From a virus: a DNA stretch of 64,000 bases. The stretch is taken from the IMG/VR virus record IMGVR_UViG_3300021197_001995, positions 64,001-128,000 of that record; one strand, written 5' to 3'. The notes beneath the pieces are model-generated. The model saw nothing but the letters and a program-made list of their open reading frames with translations. It had not been told where the DNA came from and did no database searches. The translations under genes and the position numbers were made by a program. Numbering within the stretch: position 1 is the stretch's first letter; each line of letters opens with the position of its first letter. Below are positions 1 through 9,407 of the stretch, piece by piece.

Positions 1-2
1 GT

Positions 3-836
3 CACATTCAAAAATACAATCAACTAACTGAGAAGAGAAATGCCATTGCGACAATCATCGCATCAAGCAAATTAACAATCGAAAGAGCAGACAGTAGTTT
101 GTTTAAAGAGCAGGTGGAACTTCAAGAGCTTAGAGAAAAGAGTTTAGAATATGAAGAAAACAAAGAGTCAATTGAAAATTTGAAACAGCTTCTCAGCACC
201 AGAGAAAGACTGAAGGAAGACATCATCTCTAAAGAAAAAGAAATGGCAAACTGTGAAATAAAAGTAATGCAACTTCACAAGAAGCACGGATCACTAGAAC
301 AGAAGCTGGAACACACTCAGAATAATTTCGAAGAGTATGAAACCCTCAAAGAGGACTTCGCGGCGCATCATTTGTTCATGACGTGTTGTCATCCGAATGG
401 CGTATCCTACGAAATCATCAAAGAAAGGTTGCCGTACATCAACCAAGAGATTGCAAAGATCTTAACCAACATCGTAGAGTTTGAGGTGTTCATCTCCAAC
501 AACGAAGATAAGCTCGACATCTTCATCAAGCATGCAAGTCATGACCCCCGACCACTAGAGATGGGGTCAGGAGCAGAGAAGACGATTGCATCAATGGCCA
601 TCAGACTCGCATTTTTAACCGTGTCAAGTTTACCTAAGTCCGACCTATTTATACTTGATGAGCCCGGCACTGCTCTCGATGAAGAGAACATGGAAGGCTT
701 CGTGCGAATTTTAGACATGGTAAAGGGGTATTTCAAGACAGTACTTCTTATTTCGCACCTAGATAGTTTGAAAGACTGCGTTGATATGCAGATAAACATT
801 GAGAAGAAGGACGGATTCGCACACGTAAATCTCTAG
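3..836 (+). CDS. SbcC/Rad50 (T4 gp46-like) recombination ATPase, C-terminal part; truncated by window start
   Basis: Frame open from position 3; coiled coil, then ABC signature MGSGAE, Walker B ILDEP, D-loop ALD, H-loop LISH. Confidence 0.9.
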   Translation, partial: HIQKYNQLTEKRNAIATIIASSKLTIERADSSLFKEQVELQELREKSLEYEENKESIENLKQLLSTRERLKEDIISKEKEMANCEIKVMQLHKKHGSLEQKLEHTQNNFEEYETLKEDFAAHHLFMTCCHPNGVSYEIIKERLPYINQEIAKILTNIVEFEVFISNNEDKLDIFIKHASHDPRPLEMGSGAEKTIASMAIRLAFLTVSSLPKSDLFILDEPGTALDEENMEGFVRILDMVKGYFKTVLLISHLDSLKDCVDMQINIEKKDGFAHVNL

Positions 837-845
837 GAGGATAAA

Positions 846-1073
846 ATGATGACACAGATTAAAGCGTTCGCAGACAAATACACAGAGAAATTTATCTCAA
901 GAAAATTTTTAGCATGGATTACAGCTACAGGCCTTTGTGCGTACGGGACAGTGACCAGCGATAACTGGACAGCTATAACTCTGGCCTATATTGGAACACA
1001 AGCATTAGTAGACATGGCAGTTCAATGGAAGCATGGACCAAGAGGTGGAAGTGATGGAATGGATCTTATTTAA
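846..1073 (+). CDS. Small two-TM membrane protein, holin-like
   Basis: AGGAGG SD; SRKF followed by two hydrophobic segments. Confidence 0.55.
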   Translation: MMTQIKAFADKYTEKFISRKFLAWITATGLCAYGTVTSDNWTAITLAYIGTQALVDMAVQWKHGPRGGSDGMDLI

Positions 1074-1458
1074 GAATTTTGTTAAGACATCATGGCTTTG
1101 GCTGAAAACCCACTGGCACATTCCATTTATAGTTACGTGGACGCTCATCGTATGGGCCCTCTCTAGGGGCAACGTAAAGGCGGTGACTGAAGTACTGAAG
1201 GCCAAGAAAGAATCATACGAAAAACAGATTGAAGCTTTGAAGTCCGCACACACTGTGGAAATAAAAAAAAGGGAAGAACTTCATTTAAAATACAAGGAAA
1301 CTCTTGATACAATAGAGAGAGAGTTTAAGTTGAAAGAAGAAGAACTTTCTATACTCAAAAAGAAAAAGATTAAGCAGATAATCAAAAGCTCAAAGGATGA
1401 ACCTCATGAAATTAATAAGAAAATTGAAGACCTATTTGGCTTCACTCGCGTTGATTAG
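1054..1458 (+). CDS. N-terminal TM plus coiled-coil protein (i-spanin-like)
   Basis: TM HIPFIVTWTLIVWAL then K/E-rich coiled coil; GAGGTGG SD before ATG 1054. Confidence 0.5.
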   Translation: MEWILFKNFVKTSWLWLKTHWHIPFIVTWTLIVWALSRGNVKAVTEVLKAKKESYEKQIEALKSAHTVEIKKREELHLKYKETLDTIEREFKLKEEELSILKKKKIKQIIKSSKDEPHEINKKIEDLFGFTRVD

Positions 1459-1849
1459 TTTTGCGACCACTGCCACCGCAATGCCAGGAAGCTACACGCA
1501 GATCGAAGAGGGTCAACCCTCTCCCTTCTCTGGATACTGCTTTGACATCACCGCGTCTGCCCACATTATAGCCGACAAAGAACTTAGGGACAAGTGGTGT
1601 AAAGATAAAACGAACAAGTCCTTGGCTATCCAAAAAGCAGAGTTCGATCTCGAAGTTGGCAAGCTGCTAGCAGAGTTCAACTACGAAAGTTCAGTAAATA
1701 AAAAAACGATTGAATCGTTGAGAGAGGAAAACCTAAGATTAGAGACAACAGCTCTTTCAGCTCCAAACAACTATTGGTATGTTTTTATGGGCTCTGGAAT
1801 ACTTATGGGTGTCGTAACAACGGTCTTGGTGGTACAGGTATTAAAATGA
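1406..1849 (+). CDS. Signal peptide, coiled coil and C-terminal TM protein (possible spanin partner)
   Basis: Signal peptide ending ATA, C-terminal hydrophobic helix, overlaps the upstream gene. Confidence 0.45.
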   Translation: MKLIRKLKTYLASLALISFATTATAMPGSYTQIEEGQPSPFSGYCFDITASAHIIADKELRDKWCKDKTNKSLAIQKAEFDLEVGKLLAEFNYESSVNKKTIESLREENLRLETTALSAPNNYWYVFMGSGILMGVVTTVLVVQVLK

Positions 1850-2223
1850 AGAAAAAAGATTTAGACGAAATAGCTAGAATAGAAAAGGCGATAAAGGAGA
1901 GGTACGGCGAAGAAGCAATAATTAATCCAAGATCGTTGTGGGACAAAGAAAAGGAAGAGAGATATCTCAAAGACCTTAAAAGTTTCCATACTCGTAAAGA
2001 GAATGCCAGAGAAAAACTTACAGAAGCATCAGAGGGCTTCACAGTGAATACTAAGAAATCGAAAACCACATCAGGTCGCACGTGCCCCGTTTGCTCCTCT
2101 TATTCCTTTGTGGGTATTGACGACCTTTTCATGACAAAGTTTGAATGCTGCTTTAATTGTTACATACAATACGTAGAAGGCCGAGAAGAACGCTGGAAAT
2201 CGGGCTGGAGACCAAACAACTAA
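1846..2223 (+). CDS. Hypothetical protein with Zn-finger-like CxxC...CCxxC
   Basis: ATGA overlap start; CPVC and CCFNC motifs. Confidence 0.7.
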   Translation: MKKKDLDEIARIEKAIKERYGEEAIINPRSLWDKEKEERYLKDLKSFHTRKENAREKLTEASEGFTVNTKKSKTTSGRTCPVCSSYSFVGIDDLFMTKFECCFNCYIQYVEGREERWKSGWRPNN

Positions 2224-2248
2224 CTATTTACTATTAGCAAACTATTTA
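2223..2248 (+). promoter_or_regulatory. Tandem ACTATTTA boxes, candidate late promoter for the head operon
   Basis: ACTATTTA at 2223-2230 and 2241-2248; the same motif recurs before other virion genes. Confidence 0.6.
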
Positions 2249-2267
2249 TTGCAGAGGATTTTAAACA

Positions 2268-2750
2268 ATGGCAACAACTTTAGAAATTATTGACTGTATC
2301 TCTCAGGTACTATCTAACACTTATGATGGCGCTCTCGACGAAAACGGAGAGCCAATAAAAATCGGACTACGCAGAGAAGAAGGAAACCCACTCGTAGACC
2401 ACAGAGTCATGGACGGCTTCGGAGCAAATGTTTACGGAGATCGCCTGCACATCAAGTACCACGTAGAAATTCCACTTAAAGAAGTTCACTCTAATGGTTT
2501 CGAAGGAGAGATGGAATCGATGGTGGAAAAGGTAAAGTCTTTTATCCAGAAAGAGTACAAGAAGATAAAGAAGAACGCCTTAGCACTGTCAGAGCCAAGT
2601 GAAGTGGACGTCCTTGTGGAATACATTTCTCGCATCCGTTGCAGTGTCAAAGTCCATAAGTGCTACAAGATAGGGGCTATACCCGTCGAGCCAGAAAAAG
2701 AGATTGACCCAGAATTTGAAAAAATGGTTAATCTCGGCGGTCTTAAGTAA
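2268..2750 (+). CDS. Hypothetical protein upstream of terminase
   Basis: GAGG SD, 160 aa ORF. Confidence 0.75.
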   Translation: MATTLEIIDCISQVLSNTYDGALDENGEPIKIGLRREEGNPLVDHRVMDGFGANVYGDRLHIKYHVEIPLKEVHSNGFEGEMESMVEKVKSFIQKEYKKIKKNALALSEPSEVDVLVEYISRIRCSVKVHKCYKIGAIPVEPEKEIDPEFEKMVNLGGLK

Positions 2751-2759
2751 GAGGTTTTA

Positions 2760-4346
2760 GTGGCGATAAAACTCACCAAACAAGAAGTAATGAAGGAGAT
2801 TGTCAGATGCGGCAAGAAACCTGAATATTTTATCCATACGTACGCAAAGATAACCCACCCGATGAGGGGGTTGATCCCATTTCATCTTTACCCCTTCCAG
2901 TCTCAGTTACTTGAAGACTTCGAAGACCACAGATTCAACGTGATCCTAAAAGCGCGCCAGCTGGGAATCTCTACTGTTACCGCGGCCTATGTCGCCTGGA
3001 TGATGATGTTTCATAGGGAGAAGAATGTACTCGTTATCGCGACCAAGTTTAGTACCGCGGCCAACCTAGTTAAAAAGGTTAAGGCCATTATAAAGGCTTT
3101 ACCAGCATGGCTGAGGATTTCAACAGTGGATATAGACAACAGAACCTCTTTCATATTATCAAACGGATCTCAGATTAAAGCTTCTTCTACTTCTGGCGAC
3201 GCCGGCCGTTCAGAGGCTTTGTCTCTTTTGGTTATTGACGAAGCCGCCCACGTGGAAGGGTTGGAAGAATTGTGGATGGGTCTATATCCTACGCTCTCAA
3301 CTGGTGGGCGCTGCATCGCATTGTCAACCCCCAACGGAGTAGGGAACTGGTTCCATAAAACGTATTCAGAATCAGAGAACAGGCTGAACGACTTTTTCCC
3401 CACCAAATTACCATGGGATAAGCACCCTGACCGAGACGTGGAATGGTTTGACAAAGAGACTCGAAACATGTCCCGTCGAGAAATAGCACAAGAGCTTGAG
3501 TGCAACTTCAACATGTCAGGTGAGACTGTATTTTCATCCGACGATCTTGAAAGGTGTTCTTCAGACACGAGAGAGCCGAAACACCGCACAGGCTTTGATA
3601 GAAACTTGTGGATCTGGGAAGAAAAAGACAGCTCAAGCACTTATTTCCTCGCGGCCGACGTAGCTCGCGGCGATGGCAAGGACTACTCGACATGCCATGT
3701 CTTTAACTTGGATACTATGGAGATTGTAGCAGAGTATCAAGGTAAAGTCACCCCGGACATCTTTTCCCGAGTACTTTTTGACATCGGCCAAGAGTACGGT
3801 AATGGTTTACTTGTGGTAGAAAACAACTCAGTAGGTTTCGCAGTGCTTGACAAGCTTAAAGAAATGAGGTATCCTAACTTGTATCACTCAGTTAAGTCAA
3901 CTCATGAGTTTGTGGAGGAATACCAGGCTGATCAAATGTCTAATGCGATCGCAGGATTTTCAACAACTTCAAAAACAAGACCCTTAATCGTAGCGAAACT
4001 GGAAGAATTCATCAGAAATAACCTAATTAAGATAAATTCTGCGCGTTTATTATCAGAAATGAGAACATTTATTTGGAATAACGGCCGCGCCGAAGCGATG
4101 CGATCTTACAATGACGACCTTATTATGGCATGCGCCATGGGTTGTTGGGTAAGAGACACAGCGCTATCCGCGAATCAAAAAGAGAGAGAGTATGCCAAAG
4201 CGTTCATAGGGTCGATAACCAAATCGACTAACGAATTGGATACCAGGATAACAGGAATGATTGGTACTAAAGATTTAAAAATGAAAGAGGACTTCAACAA
4301 ACAACAACAGGCTTTTTCGGAATTCCCTTGGTTGTTTAAAGGATAA
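2760..4346 (+). CDS. terL: Terminase large subunit (T4 gp17-like)
   Basis: LYPFQ, KARQLGIST Walker A, LVIDEAAH Walker B, STPNG, nuclease ADVARG and NDDLIMA. Confidence 0.97.
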   Translation: MAIKLTKQEVMKEIVRCGKKPEYFIHTYAKITHPMRGLIPFHLYPFQSQLLEDFEDHRFNVILKARQLGISTVTAAYVAWMMMFHREKNVLVIATKFSTAANLVKKVKAIIKALPAWLRISTVDIDNRTSFILSNGSQIKASSTSGDAGRSEALSLLVIDEAAHVEGLEELWMGLYPTLSTGGRCIALSTPNGVGNWFHKTYSESENRLNDFFPTKLPWDKHPDRDVEWFDKETRNMSRREIAQELECNFNMSGETVFSSDDLERCSSDTREPKHRTGFDRNLWIWEEKDSSSTYFLAADVARGDGKDYSTCHVFNLDTMEIVAEYQGKVTPDIFSRVLFDIGQEYGNGLLVVENNSVGFAVLDKLKEMRYPNLYHSVKSTHEFVEEYQADQMSNAIAGFSTTSKTRPLIVAKLEEFIRNNLIKINSARLLSEMRTFIWNNGRAEAMRSYNDDLIMACAMGCWVRDTALSANQKEREYAKAFIGSITKSTNELDTRITGMIGTKDLKMKEDFNKQQQAFSEFPWLFKG

Positions 4347-4351
4347 AAACA

Positions 4352-6361
4352 ATGGCTAAAAAAAGTAAAAATAACACAAGAAACCCACAGAGCGTACTTT
4401 TCAGGCGCCTGACTAAATTATTATCAGGGCCCCTGACGCAATATCGCACACAGAACAGTCACAGGCTTAGGCGTATAGACCTAGACAAATACGCAAATAA
4501 ATTCACATCTGCTTCTGGTAGAGATTTTAAAAAAACGGCTTACAATCCGTATGATAATCTACAAGCGCAGTACATGACGTCACAGCAAAGAGCAGAACGC
4601 TACGTAGACTTTGATCAAATGGAATATACACCAGAGATCGCTTCTGCCCTGGACATCTATGCTGACGAAATGACCACATACTCAGCTTTAACGCCGATGA
4701 TGTCAGTTGATTGCGACAACCAAGAGATAAAAGCCATCCTAGAGTCTTTATATACTAACGTTTTAAATGTTGAGCACAACATGTTTTCTTGGTGTAGAAC
4801 AATGTGCAAGTACGGTGACTACTTCTTGTACTTGGACATCGATGACCAAATGGGAGTAACGTCCGTCATCGGCTTGCCAACAAGAGAGGTCGAAAGACTA
4901 GAAGGTGAAGATCAGGGGAACCCAAACTACGTACAATACCAATGGAACTCCGCGGGAATAACCCTAGAGAACTGGCAAGTTGGTCACTTTCGCATCTTAG
5001 GTCAGGACAAATACAACCCTTATGGCACATCTGTTCTTGAGCCTGCTAGAAGGATCTGGCGACAACTGACGTTACTTGAGGACGCTATGATGGCCTATAG
5101 AATTGTAAGGTCACCGGAGAGAAGAGCCTTTTATGTTGATGTAGGTAATATACCTCCGCAGGATGTGGAGCAATACATGCAGAAAGTCATGACCACAATG
5201 AAAAGAAACCAAGTGGTGGACTCTTCTACTGGTCGTGTAGATCTAAGGTACAACCCTCTTTCAGTCGAAGAAGATTACTTCATACCCGTCAGAGGAAACA
5301 GCTCCACAAAGATTGAATCTGTCTCGGGAGGTAAATATACAGGCGACATAGAAGACGTCAAATATCTTAGAGACAAGCTATTCTCTGCACTCAAGGTACC
5401 AACCGCTTACATTTCGTCCGACAAGGATGGTGCAATGGAAGATAAGACTACTTTGGCACAGAAGGACGTCCGCTTCGCGAGAACAATACAGAGGCTCCAA
5501 AGATCGGTGTTATCTGAGATAGAGAAGATTGGAATCATACACCTGTATACACTTGGATACAGGGACGAAGACTTGGTATCATTCTCGTGCACGCTCAATA
5601 ATCCTTCTAAGATTGCCGAGATGCAAGAGTTAGAGTATTGGAAAACTAAGTTTGATATTGTTGGTTCTGCAACTGAAGGTTTCTTTTCAAAGCAGTGGCT
5701 AGCCAAAACTCTTTTCGGAATGTCTGATGAGGATTTTATTCGTAACAGAAGAGAGATGTTCTATGACAAGCGCTTCGAAGCAGCGCTGGAGTCAGCCGGC
5801 GAAGCCGAACAGGCAGAGGTTACTGCGGGTCTCAATGCGGGCCCCGACGTCGGAGGAGAGCTCCCCGGCGACATTGGAGAGCCAGGTGGAGTGGGCACAG
5901 TGGGCGAAGAACCAGAGTTGGGAGCAGGCCCCGAAGAAGCGGCCCCAGACCTAGGAGGCGCGCCCCCCGGAGATACACCCGCGCCAGCCGCGGCTGAAGA
6001 AGGGGGTCTCTTGGCGGCCCCACCTGGTAAAAGAGAAGATGATAAAGGTAGAACAACCACTGCCAAGTCTCACGGGTGGTATGAGCCACGCACAACCAAG
6101 GCCGGAGGAGATAGAAGGAAATCTTCAGGCCCTAGAAAGAAGAACATGTCCCGAGCAGCCTCACCGGAAACAGGTACACCTCGTAAATTGTACCCCGGAT
6201 ACAGTGATCTAACTGGCTTAGCGAAAGGAACGAGTATATATGAATCTGAAGCAACTAATTATAAAGTGGAAGAGAGAAAGATCCTTAAAGAACAGAAAGA
6301 GTTAAACGCTCTTTTCAAAAGCCTAAAAGCAAGGGAGAACAAGAATGAGACTGAAGCATAA
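4352..6361 (+). CDS. Portal protein (T4 gp20-like) with acidic Gly/Pro-rich C-terminal tail
   Basis: LLEDAMMAYRIVRSPERRAFYVDVGN, EEDYFIPVRG, DIEDVKYLRDKLFSALKVP. Confidence 0.96.
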   Translation: MAKKSKNNTRNPQSVLFRRLTKLLSGPLTQYRTQNSHRLRRIDLDKYANKFTSASGRDFKKTAYNPYDNLQAQYMTSQQRAERYVDFDQMEYTPEIASALDIYADEMTTYSALTPMMSVDCDNQEIKAILESLYTNVLNVEHNMFSWCRTMCKYGDYFLYLDIDDQMGVTSVIGLPTREVERLEGEDQGNPNYVQYQWNSAGITLENWQVGHFRILGQDKYNPYGTSVLEPARRIWRQLTLLEDAMMAYRIVRSPERRAFYVDVGNIPPQDVEQYMQKVMTTMKRNQVVDSSTGRVDLRYNPLSVEEDYFIPVRGNSSTKIESVSGGKYTGDIEDVKYLRDKLFSALKVPTAYISSDKDGAMEDKTTLAQKDVRFARTIQRLQRSVLSEIEKIGIIHLYTLGYRDEDLVSFSCTLNNPSKIAEMQELEYWKTKFDIVGSATEGFFSKQWLAKTLFGMSDEDFIRNRREMFYDKRFEAALESAGEAEQAEVTAGLNAGPDVGGELPGDIGEPGGVGTVGEEPELGAGPEEAAPDLGGAPPGDTPAPAAAEEGGLLAAPPGKREDDKGRTTTAKSHGWYEPRTTKAGGDRRKSSGPRKKNMSRAASPETGTPRKLYPGYSDLTGLAKGTSIYESEATNYKVEERKILKEQKELNALFKSLKARENKNETEA

Positions 6362-7175
6362 CAAGAAGAGAAATACAGCGTTTGTTTATGAAGCACTAGT
6401 GAGAGAACTCACAGAGTCTGTTGTCAAAAACAACAAGAACAAACAGAATAAGATCGTTTCCATCATAAAAGAGCATTTCGGCGGAAGCTCGGTTTTAAAA
6501 GAGGAATTGGAGCTTTATAAGTCGATTTACGAAACTCGAGAAATCGAAAAGAATTTAGCTGAAAAGATAATGTATCAAGTAAAAGAAAAGCACGACGGAT
6601 TAGATAAAAAGAAGTTATTCCAGGAACAGAGTGCACTGATCAATAAAATCAACAGAACACTTTCTAGTAAAGTTTATGGTAACTTCGTGCCCAACTACAA
6701 AACAATTGCTTCCGTTTATTCTATTTTCCAAGAGACTCTACCAGTCAAGGACAGAGTTTTACTTGAGGAGAACATTGTGGATCAAATGTCGTCCTCTGTG
6801 GAAGCAAGATCCCAAAATCAGCAACCAATTGACTCGTTGACTTACAAAACGTTCGTCAGTCAATTCAACAGCGAATATACAAGCGCGCTGAACGAGAGCC
6901 AAAAAGACCTACTGGGTAATTACATCTCTTCATTTGTTGATAACGGATTAGGGTTCAAGGTCTATTTGAACGAAGAAATCGGCAGACTTAAAACTTCACT
7001 TACAGACGCAAAGAAGATGAAGAATATTTCCTCTGACGAAGTCCTCATTGAAAAACTGGATCAGGTTTACAATGTGCTGGACGAGACAAAGAATACGGAG
7101 ATCGATACTCGCACTCTTGAGATTGTTTTAAACGCGCAACAATTATTGGAAGATTTAGAAGAAAATGACAATTAA
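6345..7175 (+). CDS. Hypothetical helical head-module protein
   Basis: 276 aa ORF overlapping the portal end; ACTAATTA at 6254. Confidence 0.75.
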   Translation: MRLKHNKKRNTAFVYEALVRELTESVVKNNKNKQNKIVSIIKEHFGGSSVLKEELELYKSIYETREIEKNLAEKIMYQVKEKHDGLDKKKLFQEQSALINKINRTLSSKVYGNFVPNYKTIASVYSIFQETLPVKDRVLLEENIVDQMSSSVEARSQNQQPIDSLTYKTFVSQFNSEYTSALNESQKDLLGNYISSFVDNGLGFKVYLNEEIGRLKTSLTDAKKMKNISSDEVLIEKLDQVYNVLDETKNTEIDTRTLEIVLNAQQLLEDLEENDN

Positions 7176-7707
7176 AGCAAAAATTGAAATGCACCCTAGA
7201 GTGAAGATAAAGGCCCGACGAACCTTGGATGGTAACATCCTTATCTTGGATCACGAAGATATCGACATTGTGTACCTCGAAGAGAAGAGCAAGTGCGTGG
7301 CTTTCCCCAAGGAGAGAATGAGTGACAAGGTGTACGCTGCACAGGATAGGATGTTTTCATTCCTCGCGAGAAAGGGTATAATTACACACTCCAGCATCAA
7401 AGGCGGAAACGTTTATGGATCTATGGAGGCAGAGGTTATGGAGTCTAAGATTCCAGGCATAGATGCGACTCAGGCATTTTTGTACACTTTGAATGAATAC
7501 CTCACAGGGGAGAAGCCATACTTCAAGACTGCAGCCGAATTTGATGATGACCGGTTGAACTCTCTATTGAGACCTTCCGATGAGGACTCAACTGAACTTG
7601 GCGACGTGCCACAATCGGATAGAAAGGGATCGATGCACAAGCAAATCGGACCATACGGCTTTCAATATAACTACTCGCTTATTCGAGAAGATGAAAGTGC
7701 GGACTAA
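7165..7707 (+). CDS. Hypothetical protein
   Basis: 180 aa ORF translationally coupled to both neighbours. Confidence 0.75.
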   Translation: MTIKAKIEMHPRVKIKARRTLDGNILILDHEDIDIVYLEEKSKCVAFPKERMSDKVYAAQDRMFSFLARKGIITHSSIKGGNVYGSMEAEVMESKIPGIDATQAFLYTLNEYLTGEKPYFKTAAEFDDDRLNSLLRPSDEDSTELGDVPQSDRKGSMHKQIGPYGFQYNYSLIREDESAD

Positions 7708-8045
7708 TGAACTTTATTTGGTTTTGTCTTATTTCGTATGGCCTTACGCAACTCCTCGTATACGGAAAGATATTCGACCCAATCCGCCCAAAGTCCGGAA
7801 AGTTAGGGCAATTGCTTAGGTGCCCAATGTGCACTGGCTTTTGGGTAGGTTTATTTTTATGGTTCGTAAAGGACTACACTCAACTAATTACTTTTGACGA
7901 TTCTTTTGTCACAGGTCTCCTATTGGGATCAGCCGGCTCAGCCGCGGCCTATGTAGGGACCATGGTTTTCTGCGACGATGGAATAAAAGTTTACAAACTG
8001 GTCAACATAGAAAGGAGTGAGATAAATGCGAATAACGAGCACTAA
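7707..8045 (+). CDS. Membrane protein with CxxC (DUF1360-like)
   Basis: TM segments and LLRCPMCTGFWVG motif. Confidence 0.7.
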   Translation: MNFIWFCLISYGLTQLLVYGKIFDPIRPKSGKLGQLLRCPMCTGFWVGLFLWFVKDYTQLITFDDSFVTGLLLGSAGSAAAYVGTMVFCDDGIKVYKLVNIERSEINANNEH

Positions 8046-8088
8046 ATGGAGATTACCCCGGGTCCGCCGGTGTTGCAATGGAAAATAG
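8026..8088 (+). CDS. 20 aa basic micro-ORF MRITSTKWRLPRVRRCCNGK
   Basis: AAGGAG SD at 8012-8017, 8 nt before ATG; below the ORF-track size cut-off. Confidence 0.55.
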   Translation: MRITSTKWRLPRVRRCCNGK

Positions 8089-8093
8089 ACGAC

Positions 8094-8108
8094 GCGGGTG
8101 ACCCCCGC
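8094..8108 (+). promoter_or_regulatory. GC-rich RNA hairpin GCGGG-UGACC-CCCGC between the micro-ORF and the protease start
   Basis: Direct complementarity. Confidence 0.5.
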
Positions 8109-8121
8109 TTTGAGGAATAAA

Positions 8122-8730
8122 ATGAAATTACTAAGAGAATATTACGAACTATGTGACGGCGGCGTCTGCCAAGACCTTCTAACAGAAGACGAAAAGAGGC
8201 GAGTGGCGGAAGGAAAGGTTACAATTCTATCCGGAGTTATGCAAATGTCAGAAACTCAAAACGGAAACGGAAGAGTTTATCCGCATGCCATTTTAGAAAG
8301 AGAAGTACAAAGCTACATGAACATGGTGGAATCCAGAAGAGCCCTCGGGGAGCTTGATCATCCAGATACTAGTGTTGTGAACTTGTCCAACGCATCTCAT
8401 TTGGTTACAAAGATTTGGATGGAAGACAACAAGTGCATGGGTAAAATTGAAGTGCTAAACACCCCATCCGGTAGAGTTCTTCAAGAGCTAGTTAATGCCG
8501 GCGTCAAGCTTGGCATCTCTTCTAGAGGTCTAGGCAGTGTGACAGAATCTAACGGAGTTACAATGGTAGAGGAAGACTTCCAGTTGATTTGTTTCGACAT
8601 GGTCTCCGATCCATCAACCCCGGGTGCGTTTATGATGACAGAGGCCAAACAACCATCTAACATCTTTACGCCGGCAGACAAGATCAATCGAGCATTGACG
8701 AGCTTTTTATACAAGTTTGGAGAAAAATGA
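8122..8730 (+). CDS. Prohead core protease (T4 gp21-like)
   Basis: NGNGRVYP, ALGELDHP, ASHL, LGISSRGLGS, FDMVSDPSTPGAF; GAGG SD before ATG 8122. Confidence 0.96.
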   Translation: MKLLREYYELCDGGVCQDLLTEDEKRRVAEGKVTILSGVMQMSETQNGNGRVYPHAILEREVQSYMNMVESRRALGELDHPDTSVVNLSNASHLVTKIWMEDNKCMGKIEVLNTPSGRVLQELVNAGVKLGISSRGLGSVTESNGVTMVEEDFQLICFDMVSDPSTPGAFMMTEAKQPSNIFTPADKINRALTSFLYKFGEK

Positions 8731-9137
8731 AAAAGTCAGAACTGAAAAGCATTATTAAAGAATGCGTAAAGGAAATTTTGTTTGAAGAGGGAGTACTCTC
8801 TAACCTGGTAGCAGAAGTTGCATTTGGAATTACAAAGGCTCAAGGACAACTGTTGGAAAACAAAACAGTAAACCAGCCTACTTCCGAAGCCACACTCACA
8901 AAGAGGAAAGAACAAGAAGAACAAAAAAGAAAGCGTCTCTTAGAGACTAAGAAGAAAATGTTAAACGCAATGGGCGGAGAAAGAATGAGTGGAGTCTTCG
9001 AAGGTACAAATCCGCTTCCCAACACAGGGAACTCGAACGGCCACGGCCCCCTTGCAGGACAGGATCCAACTGACGCAGGAGTTGACATCTCCAGTTTATT
9101 TAGCTTAGCAGGCCACAAGTGGCAGAACCTAAAGTAA
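8727..9137 (+). CDS. Hypothetical prohead core-type protein
   Basis: MKKSELKSIIKECVKE N-terminus; located in the head module. Confidence 0.7.
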   Translation: MKKSELKSIIKECVKEILFEEGVLSNLVAEVAFGITKAQGQLLENKTVNQPTSEATLTKRKEQEEQKRKRLLETKKKMLNAMGGERMSGVFEGTNPLPNTGNSNGHGPLAGQDPTDAGVDISSLFSLAGHKWQNLK

Positions 9138-9156
9138 AGAAAGAAAAGGAATTATA

Positions 9157-9393
9157 ATGGGTAGAAGAACACCAGTACACGTGGAAGTGGTAATACACGA
9201 CCAAAGACAAGTTGAAAGAATGATCAAGAAATTCACTAGAAAGTGCAAGAAATCAGGATTGTTTGATGAGTTAAAAGAAAGAAGATACTTCAAGAAGAAG
9301 TCACTCAAGATGAAAGAGAAGAGAGAAAGAAAGAAAAAGCTTTCTCAGAAGTCTACACAAGACTATAAAGACAAATTTGAGAATTTTAAATAG
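9157..9393 (+). CDS. rpsU: Phage-encoded ribosomal protein bS21
   Basis: VERMIKKFTRKCKKSGLFDELKERRYFKKKS matches the bS21 pattern. Confidence 0.85.
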   Translation: MGRRTPVHVEVVIHDQRQVERMIKKFTRKCKKSGLFDELKERRYFKKKSLKMKEKRERKKKLSQKSTQDYKDKFENFK

Positions 9394-9407
9394 GAGATTA
9401 TTAAAAA

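Noticed and set aside
2268-2750. Small terminase assignment
   Set aside because: Only positional support; no recognisable motif
5770-6030. GC-rich patch in the portal gene as a foreign insertion
   Set aside because: Explained by the in-frame Gly/Pro/Ala/Glu low-complexity tail
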